A stretch of 32,000 nucleotides of DNA from Promethearchaeota archaeon (GCA_030606485.1 JAUWGH010000003.1:1-32000); one strand, 5' to 3'. Counted from the first letter of the stretch, positions 17,531 to 27,021 are shown. Translations and numbers: made by a program. Notes: generated by a model from the letters alone, not told the origin.

Positions 17531-19219
17531 TTATTCTTTAATTGGATATTTTCCTACACTTTTTGCAGCTCTAACCATTGCCCTGATATTTTCTGGTGGC
17601 ATATCTCGTGGTATTTCACACCCAAAAGCCAACCAATAACCGCCACCCTTACCGGCAATCTTTAAATGTTTGGCACAATCTTCATACATCTGTTTTGGGC
17701 TTGCATTAATAAGTTTGTTGTAATTAAGATTTCCCATAATGGTAACTTTATCTCCAATAAGATTTTTAGCCCATTGCAAATCTACTTGATAATCAAACTG
17801 AATTGCTCCACCAGGATTTGTTTCCATTACATATTTAATACATTGAGGGACATAACCACAGCAATGGATAAGAACGGGCAACCCCATCTTGGTTATTTTA
17901 CTACAAGCTTTTTTCTCTGGTTCTAGTGCAAACCTCTCAAAAAATTTTGGCGACATAAAATATGCAGCGGATTCTCCTGCACCTATTATATCTGCACCTG
18001 CCTCATACATAGCGCGTGCAATTTCAATTTGCCAATCTGCATACCAATCTAAAATTTCTTTAAACTCATCTGGATGGTCCATTATAAAAAAGATTTGCAT
18101 AGGGTCTGCCCCTGCTAAAAGAGATACTCCTTGAAAGGGGCCTTCCGTCCATCCAATAACGGGTACATCCTCTCCAACTTTCTTTTTTGCGATTTCTATA
18201 CCCTTTATAGTTTCAGTTAACCGACCTGCATTCATAGGATCTGGCATGTCAAGATTCTTAAAATCTTCATACATAGATCCATGTTTAAGGACAGGTTCTG
18301 CAATGCGTGGAATATCATCGTGAGGAAAATCAATTTTTGCTCCACATGCTCCAGCATATAGCCCAGCATCTGTTGAGAAGCAGAGTGCATCCCAACCAAA
18401 CGTATTATATACTTTTAATTGACCTTCAGCAATTTTTTCCGCTTTACTGCAATAAACAGAGAATGGAATTCCAGAAAATTTTGCGGAAAAAGATTGAGCG
18501 AAGGGCATTACTGGAACTCTATCCGGTTCTTTGTGCTTAAGTGAAGTCATAACACGATCATATGATGTCATTTCTGATTTAAGTTCTTCCGAAAATTCTT
18601 TAACTTTAGGTATCAACTCTATAACATCTTTTACATAAGCGTCTATGTGTAATTTTTCTGCTAATCCAGGTGATCCAGCTGGACCGCTCAGAATAGTTCT
18701 AATTTTATGGCGTATACCTAATTTCCATAATTCTTCTTCCAATTTGGCTTCTTCTTCTGCTGAATGTGTTAAATAAATTGCCGAAGCTATAATTCTAGCA
18801 TTTGAATCTAATGCTGTTTTTGCAATTTTTTCTGGGGGGATATCTGAACCTGCATCAATAACCTCAAAACCGTGAGCTTTCAAATTTGCTGATACAATAG
18901 ATGTGCCAATAGTCCAAGGACCCCCCATAACACCCAGTACAACTCGTTCTTCAGGTTTTTTGGATTCTTCTGTGGAAACTGGGAGTGATCGAACACCTAA
19001 TTCGAAGGCTCCAGCGGCTAAAACAATATCATCAAGATACATTCCCTTATTTTGATACTCTTTACTTGCAGAAGTTATACCATCTGATAGAGCTTGTATA
19101 ATTTCTTGAGGTGTGAATCCTTTTCTTTTAGCTTTTCTTACTATACTTCCTATACGTTTATATTCTCCATTACTTGTTGCTTGAGTAATTTCTTCAAGAA
19201 GATTATCTGACGTTTTTAT
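17531..19219 (-). CDS. Corrinoid-binding-fold (cap + Rossmann) / MtaA-CmuA-type (UroD-fold) methyltransferase fusion
   Basis: The reading frame stays open for 59 codons upstream of the track's ATG (19042), to ATA at 19219, and encodes a B12 cap-like helical domain. The Rossmann part reads VVLGVMGGPWTIG...GFEVIDAGSDIPPE. The C-terminal part has PDRVPV, LIHCCG and AFGCEIP (Zn ligands H-x-C...C). The start codon is uncertain. Confidence 0.8.
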   Translation of the reverse strand: MKTSDNLLEEITQATSNGEYKRIGSIVRKAKRKGFTPQEIIQALSDGITSASKEYQNKGMYLDDIVLAAGAFELGVRSLPVSTEESKKPEERVVLGVMGGPWTIGTSIVSANLKAHGFEVIDAGSDIPPEKIAKTALDSNARIIASAIYLTHSAEEEAKLEEELWKLGIRHKIRTILSGPAGSPGLAEKLHIDAYVKDVIELIPKVKEFSEELKSEMTSYDRVMTSLKHKEPDRVPVMPFAQSFSAKFSGIPFSVYCSKAEKIAEGQLKVYNTFGWDALCFSTDAGLYAGACGAKIDFPHDDIPRIAEPVLKHGSMYEDFKNLDMPDPMNAGRLTETIKGIEIAKKKVGEDVPVIGWTEGPFQGVSLLAGADPMQIFFIMDHPDEFKEILDWYADWQIEIARAMYEAGADIIGAGESAAYFMSPKFFERFALEPEKKACSKITKMGLPVLIHCCGYVPQCIKYVMETNPGGAIQFDYQVDLQWAKNLIGDKVTIMGNLNYNKLINASPKQMYEDCAKHLKIAGKGGGYWLAFGCEIPRDMPPENIRAMVRAAKSVGKYPIKE

Positions 19220-19358
19220 TCAACTCTTTTCTTACAATTAATTGTCTATAAGTTGTAATTTAATAAACTTATTAATTTTATTTAAACAATTTTAAAAAAT
19301 TTGTTATAAATGACAATTGTAAAACAAATTAAAAGAATAAATATAAATCTAAAATATA

Positions 19359-19853
19359 CTATAAGAACAACTCCATGAAGATTTCATCATCATATTGCCC
19401 ATCAATTTTGACCTGCCGCGTCAATACCCCTTTAGGGATAAATCCAAGGCTGCAGTAGAAAGCTTGGGCTCCATCATTACCCGCACGTACATAGATGATG
19501 ATCTTTTCATAGGATTTAGTGCGAGCAAAATTAAGGGTATATTTCATCAAGTATCTTCCAATGCCCTTCCGACGCCATTCTGGGAGAATAATGGTGCCCA
19601 ACACCCCAATGTGGTCAAATGAATCAGTGCATTTGCCCCATAGATCTAGGGATTGGAAACCCACGATATTATCATTCACCTCTGCCAGGAAGATACCTTC
19701 ACGATCAGAGAGGAACGCAATGTAATTTCGCTCCTGTTGAGGAGTGAAAGGGTAATTCACTGCGGTGTAAATCCGTTCCGCGCAGACGACACCCCATATA
19801 GCAGAAATGGCTTCTGCATCTTTAATTTCGGCTTTATGGATATTAATTTGCAT
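19359..19853 (-). CDS. GNAT family N-acetyltransferase
   Basis: ILPEWRRKGIGRYLM (acetyl-CoA motif A) and NDGAQAFYCSLGF (motif B). GC is about 43% by hand count, well above the flanks. Confidence 0.9.
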   Translation of the reverse strand: MQINIHKAEIKDAEAISAIWGVVCAERIYTAVNYPFTPQQERNYIAFLSDREGIFLAEVNDNIVGFQSLDLWGKCTDSFDHIGVLGTIILPEWRRKGIGRYLMKYTLNFARTKSYEKIIIYVRAGNDGAQAFYCSLGFIPKGVLTRQVKIDGQYDDEIFMELFL

Positions 19854-19876
19854 TTTAAATAACCCTTTAAATTAGT

Positions 19877-20428
19877 TTAAATTAATGAGATCTTTTCAAT
19901 AACTTTAAAAGGATCTCTTGGATTTTCTTTATTTCGCCAAATTAAAGCGATATCTTGAACAATAAATGATATAGGTATCCAATTTTGTTCTAGTTCTTTT
20001 TTTATTGAATTTAAGTTTAATTTTCCTTTAATTTGTCCTAAACTCAAGTGTGGAGTAAATCCGGTTTTAAATTTACTAACATCATCACATTCTGGTACAT
20101 ACTCTAATAACTTTTTTTGAAGTTCTATTATTTTATCTGGAGGTTCGGGTTTTAGCCAAAGTGTGTAATTTTCCTTTTTATGATGAAAAAAATCCATTTT
20201 TTCAAACTTAATCTCAAATGAGCCATGAATTCTTTTTATATCATTAAATTTTTTAATTATCCAGGAAAATTCACTTTGGGGGTAAAAAGGATATATTATT
20301 GTGATATGAGGCATCCAACGGTCTATATGTCTATCGTATTTTCTGCGAATTTTTTGAATTGAACCCCAAATATTTTCTGGTGGAATAATTACTACAGCAG
20401 TATTATATACCTTTTTCATATTATTCAA
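19877..20428 (-). CDS. 2H phosphoesterase (2'-5' RNA ligase superfamily)
   Basis: Two HxT/S motifs, PHITI and PHLSL; a short stand-alone form of the poly(A)-polymerase-associated type. Confidence 0.85.
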   Translation of the reverse strand: MNNMKKVYNTAVVIIPPENIWGSIQKIRRKYDRHIDRWMPHITIIYPFYPQSEFSWIIKKFNDIKRIHGSFEIKFEKMDFFHHKKENYTLWLKPEPPDKIIELQKKLLEYVPECDDVSKFKTGFTPHLSLGQIKGKLNLNSIKKELEQNWIPISFIVQDIALIWRNKENPRDPFKVIEKISLI

Positions 20429-20575
20429 ATTATTTTTTCTGTAGAATTAAATTTTTTTATCTAAAAAGATTCTTAATCTTAAATTGCAAATAATCTATTT
20501 TTTCATAAAATAAATATCTTCAGCTAGCATTTTATTTAATACAATAATTATTATTAAAAAATAAAGGAATTAAGT

Positions 20576-21688
20576 ATGTCCAATAATAAAGTTTATAATG
20601 ATTTGATTGATCACCTTCGGAATTGGATATTTGGGCTACCAGAATCCAAATATCTTTTACCATTGTTTGAACTGCGTTTCACTCCTGAGGAGGCAGAATT
20701 TCTTTCAAAAATTCCTTTTCTACCTCATACTGCTGAAGATCTTTCCGATAGGTTAGAAACTCCTGTTGTTGAACTTACAAAAAAAATAGACGATTTAGCC
20801 CAAAAAGGAATGATTTATCGAGTAGAAGGGAGAAGTGCTATTCGCTACTCTTTACCAGATTCATTATTTTTATTTTACAGAAGCATAGGCTGGGCTGGAC
20901 TTGATGATGAATTTAATCGCGAAATTAGTCCATTATTGAATCAATATTATATTGAAGCTTATGCTACGGATTACTTGGGACATCCCACTCAAGGACTTCG
21001 CACAATTCCAATAAATGAAACTATTCAAGATACTCGTAAGGTAATGCCTTATGAGGATATTTTAAAGGTAATAGATCATGTAGAATATTACACGGTATCG
21101 ACATGCCCATGTAGTCATCGACATAATATTGACCCTGATATAGAAAATTGTAAGTATGATACATTAAAATGCTTACATTTTGATCGGCTCGGTAGATATA
21201 TTGTCCAGAATGGATTGGGTAAAGAGATCACGAAAGAAGAGACATTAGAAATATTAAAAAAAGCAGCTGACGCGGGTTTAGTTCATGGCATTTCTACAAC
21301 AAAAGAACGCATAGATACGATCTGTAACTGCTGTACATGTTGCTGTATTTTCCTAGAATCAGCTGTCAAGATACCTGGTATAATTCCAAGAGGACATCAA
21401 CCATCGAATTATATTCGGGAAATAGAGGAAGAAAAGTGTGTAGCCTGCGGTATTTGCGTTACATTCTGTCCAATGAAAGCATTAGAACTTAATGATAAAA
21501 AGGTGATATTTGACCCTGAACGATGCCTTGGATGTGGTGTTTGCGTGCATAAATGTCCACAGGAAGCTTGTTACTTAATACACAGTGACGAAGAACAGGA
21601 TTTTCCAAAAGATCCTAGGGAGCAGAGTTCTCGATTTCTTAGAGAGAGAGGGCTTGATCCTTTAGAAATATTTAAAAAAAACTCCTAG
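20576..21688 (+). CDS. Multi-[4Fe-4S] protein with an N-terminal winged-helix-like domain
   Basis: CPCSH...C...C, ICNCCTCCC and two CxxCxxCxxxCP ferredoxin motifs. Confidence 0.85.
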   Translation: MSNNKVYNDLIDHLRNWIFGLPESKYLLPLFELRFTPEEAEFLSKIPFLPHTAEDLSDRLETPVVELTKKIDDLAQKGMIYRVEGRSAIRYSLPDSLFLFYRSIGWAGLDDEFNREISPLLNQYYIEAYATDYLGHPTQGLRTIPINETIQDTRKVMPYEDILKVIDHVEYYTVSTCPCSHRHNIDPDIENCKYDTLKCLHFDRLGRYIVQNGLGKEITKEETLEILKKAADAGLVHGISTTKERIDTICNCCTCCCIFLESAVKIPGIIPRGHQPSNYIREIEEEKCVACGICVTFCPMKALELNDKKVIFDPERCLGCGVCVHKCPQEACYLIHSDEEQDFPKDPREQSSRFLRERGLDPLEIFKKNS

Positions 21689-21717
21689 TAAAGAAAAATC
21701 AAAAAGTGAGGATTTTT

Positions 21718-22485
21718 ATGGGTAAATGGAATGAATTGGATAAAAAATTAAATAAATTTCTTAGGTTAGCTACATTTCCGATAGCAGTAAAATTACTTAA
21801 GGATAAAGAAGAATTAAAAGCGATAAAATTTTTAAAAAAATTAGATAAGAAAATCGCCCTATGTCAAATATTCAGTTATTCAAGATATTATGGATGGACA
21901 ATGGGATGCACTATGGAGGATAATTTATGTCCTCTCGCAAATATAGCACTTGGTTTTGAAGAACCATACAAGCTTTTTTTAGAAGGTGCCTTTTTTGTTG
22001 GTAGATATAATGAAACTAAAGAAGCAGCGAAAAAAACAACATCAACAATGCCTAAAATACCTTATGGAAAGTTCTCCGCAATTGTTTCGGGAGCTTTAAA
22101 TCGTGTAGAATTTGAACCAGATTTTATTATGATTTGGGGAAATTCTGCTCAGATAATGAGAATAATTCAGGGTTCTTTATGGAAAGAAGGGGGAAGAATC
22201 ACAATGTCAACCTTTTGTGATGGGGTTTGTGCAGATACCATCGCAAAAGCATATCTTGCGGGAGAATTGCAAATCGCATTCCCTTGTCTCGGTGATCGCC
22301 GGTTTGGAATGGCAAAAGATACAGATTTAATAGCATCCATACCATTTGGAGTTGTTGATTCAATAATAGAAGGAATGGAGAAGACTCATAAAGCTGGCAC
22401 AAGATATCCAATACCTTATGAACTGAGCACACCTGAGTTCTTTGTCAAATTAAAGAAACAATTAGATAAAGCCAAAAAAGATTAA
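21718..22485 (+). CDS. DUF169 family protein
   Basis: PIAVK, LCQ...R..G, CP, FEPDFIMIWGNSAQIMRI, GVCAD and PCLGDR. The track's GTG at 21706 is part of a GTGAGG ribosome-binding-like sequence; the ATG at 21718 is the likely start. Confidence 0.8.
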   Translation: MGKWNELDKKLNKFLRLATFPIAVKLLKDKEELKAIKFLKKLDKKIALCQIFSYSRYYGWTMGCTMEDNLCPLANIALGFEEPYKLFLEGAFFVGRYNETKEAAKKTTSTMPKIPYGKFSAIVSGALNRVEFEPDFIMIWGNSAQIMRIIQGSLWKEGGRITMSTFCDGVCADTIAKAYLAGELQIAFPCLGDRRFGMAKDTDLIASIPFGVVDSIIEGMEKTHKAGTRYPIPYELSTPEFFVKLKKQLDKAKKD

Positions 22486-22530
22486 TTCTTTTTTCATTAT
22501 CCATAAGATGTAAAATAATTAAATATTAAA

Positions 22531-23646
22531 ATGAATATGATAAGAATTCGAGCACCTGGGAGGATTTGTTTATTTGGGGAGCATCAAGATTATTTAGGAT
22601 TTCCAGTTATTTCGATGGCATTTTCTAAATACATATATTTAGAAGCCGAACCAATAATTGATCCCAAATTCATAATAGAATTACCGGATATGGAATGGCA
22701 CGACGAATTTTTACTCAATAACAAGGAAATTGATTATTTATCAAATAGAGATTATTTAAGGAGCGGTTATAATCATTTTATACGTATAGGGGCGAAAATA
22801 AATAAGGGGTATAAAGTTAAAATAACTGGAGATATTCCAATTAATGCTGGGTGCGGAAGTTCTTCTGCTTTAATTATTGCTTGGCTCTTTTTTTTATCAC
22901 AGGTTTCTAATCATTATCTAAACTTAGAAGATCTAGCAAAACTCGGATATTCGGCGGAAGTTCGAGAATTTGGAGAGGCAGGAGGTATGATGGATCATTA
23001 TACATCTACATTAGGTAAATTAATTTATTTAGAGACATATCCGGAATTTATACCAATAAAATTTAATATAGATATTGATCATTTTATTCTCGCTAATTCT
23101 AAAGAGTCCAAAGATACGGTTGAAGATTTACGTAAAGTTAAAAAACGTGCAATAAAAACATTTAAGATATTAAAGGAAATTATGAAAGAATTTGATCCTA
23201 ATAGAACGAGTCTTAATGAAATTGAACAATTTTTCCCCAATCTTAATAAGGATCTCCGAAATATATTAATTGGAAACATAATAAACCGAGATATTACCCA
23301 AAAAGCTAAATATCTTATTACTAATTACATCCAAAAAAGTTCCAAGATTATAATAGAAAAAAATCATAACATTGAGTTAGAATTTTACAGAGCATTGGGA
23401 AATTTATTAACTGAACACCATCGGCAATTGGTTGACAATATAGGCGTTTCTACTCCAAAAATTGAGAAAATGATATCAATTGCTCTTGAAAATGGTGCTT
23501 TTGGAGCAAAAATTAACGGTTCAGGATTTGGAGGATGTATGTTTGCGTTAGCTTCTGAAAATAAAAAAGAAATAATGGATAACATTGCAGAGGTTGGGGG
23601 GATAGGTTATACAGTTAAAACAAGTGAAGGAGTTGAGCTTTATTGA
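22531..23646 (+). CDS. GHMP kinase, galactokinase-like sugar-1-kinase
   Basis: RAPGRICLFGEHQDY, IPINAGCGSSSA, GMMD and GAKINGSGFGG. Sugar specificity cannot be determined. Confidence 0.85.
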   Translation: MNMIRIRAPGRICLFGEHQDYLGFPVISMAFSKYIYLEAEPIIDPKFIIELPDMEWHDEFLLNNKEIDYLSNRDYLRSGYNHFIRIGAKINKGYKVKITGDIPINAGCGSSSALIIAWLFFLSQVSNHYLNLEDLAKLGYSAEVREFGEAGGMMDHYTSTLGKLIYLETYPEFIPIKFNIDIDHFILANSKESKDTVEDLRKVKKRAIKTFKILKEIMKEFDPNRTSLNEIEQFFPNLNKDLRNILIGNIINRDITQKAKYLITNYIQKSSKIIIEKNHNIELEFYRALGNLLTEHHRQLVDNIGVSTPKIEKMISIALENGAFGAKINGSGFGGCMFALASENKKEIMDNIAEVGGIGYTVKTSEGVELY

Positions 23647-24386
23647 AAGCTGTTATTTTGGCAGCCGGTAAAGGTTTAAGAATGCGTCCTTTAACAGAAA
23701 GATTACCTAAAACAATGCTGGAACTGCATGGAAAACCAATTTTACAATACATTATTGAGGGTTTAAGAATCGCCAATTTTAATGAAATTACGTTAATTGT
23801 TGGATATAAAAATGAAATCATTAGAAAATATTTTAGAAATGGAGATAATTTGGGTGTCCGGATAAATTATATTTTACAAGCAGACCAAAAGGGAACCGGA
23901 CATGCAACTTTATTAGCCGAACAGTTTTGCGGAGATGAACAATTTCTTCTAACTTATTCAGATGTATTAATATCATATAGTATCTATCAAGAATTATATA
24001 AATCATACAAAGAACAAAACGAAAGGTTTGTATTGGTAGCAAATCCAACCAACGACCCATATAGAGGTGCTGCAATTTATTATGAAAATGATTATGTTAC
24101 AGAAATTATCGAAAAACCCCCAAAAGGGACATCTAAATCAAAATTAAACAATTCAGGTATATTTATCTTATCTCCAGAAATTTTTCAAATTTTAAGAAAT
24201 ACTCCTGAATCTATAAGAGGAGAAATTGAATTGACTGAAGCAATTAAATTGGGAATATTACATCAAAATTTAAAATTTAGGCTGATAATAGTGAAAGAAC
24301 ATCAAATTAGGAAAGATCTTGGAGATATTAAAGATTATGAAGATTTAATGAATACTACAAAATGGTTAGAAAAACTTAAACAATGA
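23643..24386 (+). CDS. Sugar-1-phosphate nucleotidyltransferase (NTP_transferase)
   Basis: KAVILAAGKGLRMRPLT..PK, Q...GTGHA, EKP and RGEIELTEA. The TTG start overlaps the kinase stop (TTGA). Confidence 0.9.
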   Translation: MKAVILAAGKGLRMRPLTERLPKTMLELHGKPILQYIIEGLRIANFNEITLIVGYKNEIIRKYFRNGDNLGVRINYILQADQKGTGHATLLAEQFCGDEQFLLTYSDVLISYSIYQELYKSYKEQNERFVLVANPTNDPYRGAAIYYENDYVTEIIEKPPKGTSKSKLNNSGIFILSPEIFQILRNTPESIRGEIELTEAIKLGILHQNLKFRLIIVKEHQIRKDLGDIKDYEDLMNTTKWLEKLKQ

Positions 24387-24456
24387 AAAATTTATAGATT
24401 CCTTAATTCTTAGAAATATTATTCACGATTTTTAATAGTAATTTGAGGTTATAAAT

Positions 24457-24870
24457 ATACCTAACTGGCTCATCCATTTGAAATGGACAGAAAAGGCAGG
24501 AATTCCGGAAGGTATAGCTAATATTACAAATCAAGTTATTGATTATGGCTTCAATTGGGTATATTCTGCTAAAAGTGACATTAAAAATAATGATGATCCT
24601 AGGTTCCTTCATTTAACCTATTTTTATGAAATGGACCCAAAAAATAAGAATTACATAAAAGCTTATTATCTCCATCGTGTTCTGGACCATCTTAAGGAAA
24701 CAAGGCACAAAGAATTAGATAAAGCATTAAAGGAATTTGAAACAGAAAAATGTTTAATTGAAATCGAGAGACCGAATGGTCAAATTATTAATTTTAGGAA
24801 AGAAATAGATGATATTCTTTCCCTTCTAAGAGATAATGAAAATAAAGTTTTAGCAGATATTCGTAAATAA
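24457..24870 (+). CDS. Hypothetical protein
   Basis: 130-aa ORF from the TTG at 24478. The frame is open back to 24442, and GAGG lies 8 nt before an ATA at 24457 (giving (M)PNWLIHLKW). It contains H-rich motifs (IH, LHL, LHRVLDH). The start is uncertain. Confidence 0.6.
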   Translation: MPNWLIHLKWTEKAGIPEGIANITNQVIDYGFNWVYSAKSDIKNNDDPRFLHLTYFYEMDPKNKNYIKAYYLHRVLDHLKETRHKELDKALKEFETEKCLIEIERPNGQIINFRKEIDDILSLLRDNENKVLADIRK

Positions 24871-24990
24871 TATTTGACTTAAAAAATTGCAACCAAATAA
24901 TCATTTTCATTATTATTATTTTTCCAATTTTTATTAATAATATTTAGTTATTTACTCTATTATTCATAGAAAGCAGAGATTACTCTTCTC

Positions 24991-25395
24991 TTATATTAAA
25001 TTAAATTCTTTAATTAATTGTTTTGATTTTATAATCTTTGTATTTTCAACTTGTTTAAGTGTTAAAAGATCCTTATCTCCAGTGATTAAGTATTTACATT
25101 TTGCAGACAATGCACTTTTAAGAATATCCGTATCTTTATCATCTCTTACAATAAGGTTCAAGTTATAATTTGGCTTAGATAGTGTAAATTTAACATATAA
25201 TTTTGATATAAAATCAAAAACGATTTTTTTTTCAACTTGAAATTTGTTCATTAAAACAAATTCGATCTCATTTATGACTTGTTGAGATGTATAGTACCTA
25301 GTATTTGTAGGAGGATTAGAAAGAATTTTTCTTTCGTTCCCATCAAAAAAGAAAGCGGAAATGAAAATATTAGTATCAATAAAAATACTGATCAA
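24991..25395 (-). CDS. vapC: PIN-domain toxin (VapC-like)
   Basis: IFIDTNIFISA, E in helix 2, DDKDTDIL and LITGDKDLL give the acidic PIN catalytic set. Confidence 0.9.
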   Translation of the reverse strand: MISIFIDTNIFISAFFFDGNERKILSNPPTNTRYYTSQQVINEIEFVLMNKFQVEKKIVFDFISKLYVKFTLSKPNYNLNLIVRDDKDTDILKSALSAKCKYLITGDKDLLTLKQVENTKIIKSKQLIKEFNLI

Positions 25396-25643
25396 TAAGC
25401 ATGCCTCGCTTCTCTACATGCATTTATAACATCTTCTTGGGTAATATGCTTTTCTTTAGCAATTCTTTTTCCTTCTGAAAAAATATCTTTTAAACTTGGC
25501 AATTTAACTTTTTTAATAAGAATATAATCGTTTTCAGTAGTTATAGCTAAGAAATCACCTTGTTTTATTTTTAAGTTTTTTCTTATCTCAATTGGAATAG
25601 TGATCTGTCCTTTTTTTGTAATTTTAGATAGACTTACTTTCAT
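25392..25643 (-). CDS. vapB: AbrB/MazE/SpoVT-family antitoxin
   Basis: SKITKKGQITIPIEIRKNLKIKQGD; ATGA-type overlap with the PIN gene. Confidence 0.9.
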   Translation of the reverse strand: MKVSLSKITKKGQITIPIEIRKNLKIKQGDFLAITTENDYILIKKVKLPSLKDIFSEGKRIAKEKHITQEDVINACREARHAY

Positions 25644-25664
25644 ACTATATCACTTTTATATAGA

Positions 25665-25681
25665 AGTAATACATCCTTACT
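25665..25681. promoter_or_regulatory. Candidate antitoxin operator, AGTAA-N7-TTACT inverted repeat
   Basis: Perfect 5-bp arms, 22-38 bp upstream of the AbrB start. It is short enough to arise by chance in AT-rich DNA. Confidence 0.3.
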
Positions 25682-25705
25682 AAAAAATTTTATTTTTTTA
25701 AGAAA

Positions 25706-26323
25706 TCAAATTTTCTTATATAAGATATAAATCGAATTTTCAAGAACCCAAATAACTATCACAAAAAATACAATCCATTCTGATATCGTCCATCCAGTAA
25801 ATATAAAAAATATAAATACTCCAGAGACGGCAAATCCAATTATGGATTGCATTTTGGAAAATCTTGAATCAAACCAAATTAAGATACTGTAAATGACGCA
25901 AAAGAATAATTCACAAAAAAAGAAAATAGTTGCAAAAAAGATATGAATAATGCCAAGTAAAAGAGTGTAATGTGGAAAACACCCAACAAGAGATATGGAC
26001 ACTGCCCCAATTATTGATATTTTAATGGTTATTTTTTTTATTTTTTCATTAATTTTCTCTTGGGTTAAAGAATTACCAAGATAAACTAAAAATGGGATTA
26101 CCGAAATACCGGTTAGAATCAAACCAAGATTAAATAATGGAGCTGCCAATCCGGGAGATATACCCAAAACACTAATAAAACTTTCAAACATACTATATCC
26201 TGGAACTAATAAGTATGATAAAAAAGTAAAGATAATTCCAATACTCATTGATAAAAGCCCATAATATCCTCCAGGTGCTAATTTAAGCAGTTTATTAATT
26301 ACATTATTAATTTTTTCTATCAA
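25706..26323 (-). CDS. DUF998-like multi-pass membrane protein (copy 2)
   Basis: PGYSMFESFISVLG, LFNLGLILTG, LVGCFP and IHIFFA; clear paralogue of 26374..27021. Confidence 0.7.
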   Translation of the reverse strand: MIEKINNVINKLLKLAPGGYYGLLSMSIGIIFTFLSYLLVPGYSMFESFISVLGISPGLAAPLFNLGLILTGISVIPFLVYLGNSLTQEKINEKIKKITIKISIIGAVSISLVGCFPHYTLLLGIIHIFFATIFFFCELFFCVIYSILIWFDSRFSKMQSIIGFAVSGVFIFFIFTGWTISEWIVFFVIVIWVLENSIYILYKKI

Positions 26324-26373
26324 TTATCATATTATCCTTTAGTTTTTCTTTATTTGATTTCTGTAATTTGGAT

Positions 26374-27021
26374 TCATAAGATCCATAAATTTTTTTTTAA
26401 AACCGTATAAATCGAAATTTGAAAAACCCAAAAGAAACATGCAAAAAGTATAGACCATTCTGCTATTGGCCATCCAGTTAAAATATAAAAGCTAAATATT
26501 CCAGTAATTAGTATGCCAATCCAAGATTGAAATTTTGAAAATTTAGGATCTGACCAAATTAATAGGTTAAGCAGGATACTTAAAATTAAGGCACCGAAAA
26601 AAAATATCCCCGAAATAATTCCGTGAATAATTCCAATTAAATTATTATAGGCAGGAAAACAACCAATAAGAGATACAGAAATACTAACAATTATGGATAA
26701 AGGTAATGATATTTTTCTAATTATTTCCTTAGACCCTTCCGTTTGTATAGATCTCCCAAGATCTAAGAAAAGTGGAAGAACAAATATGCCAGTTAGAATT
26801 AATCCAGTATTTAAGAAAATACCAGTTTCTCCAGGGATAACACCTAAAGAACTAATAGTATTTTTAAGCATACTAAATCCCGGAACTCTAAAATACGCGA
26901 AAAAAATAAAACCAGCTCCAAATATTAAAGATAAAAGGCCAAAATACTCCCCAGGAACAACTTTAAGCGATTTCCCGATTAAAATATTTATTTTTTCCAT
27001 ATATATTTCATACGAATTCAC
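26374..27021 (-). CDS. DUF998-like multi-pass membrane protein (copy 1)
   Basis: PGFSMLKNTISSLG, FLNTGLILTG, LIGCFP and IHGIIS. Confidence 0.7.
   Translation of the reverse strand: MNSYEIYMEKINILIGKSLKVVPGEYFGLLSLIFGAGFIFFAYFRVPGFSMLKNTISSLGVIPGETGIFLNTGLILTGIFVLPLFLDLGRSIQTEGSKEIIRKISLPLSIIVSISVSLIGCFPAYNNLIGIIHGIISGIFFFGALILSILLNLLIWSDPKFSKFQSWIGILITGIFSFYILTGWPIAEWSILFACFFWVFQISIYTVLKKNLWIL

Noticed and set aside
15635-20447. Recurring TGTAGA/TCTACA words in several intergenic regions
   Set aside because: The words are too short, with inconsistent spacing and orientation, to call a regulon motif without statistics.
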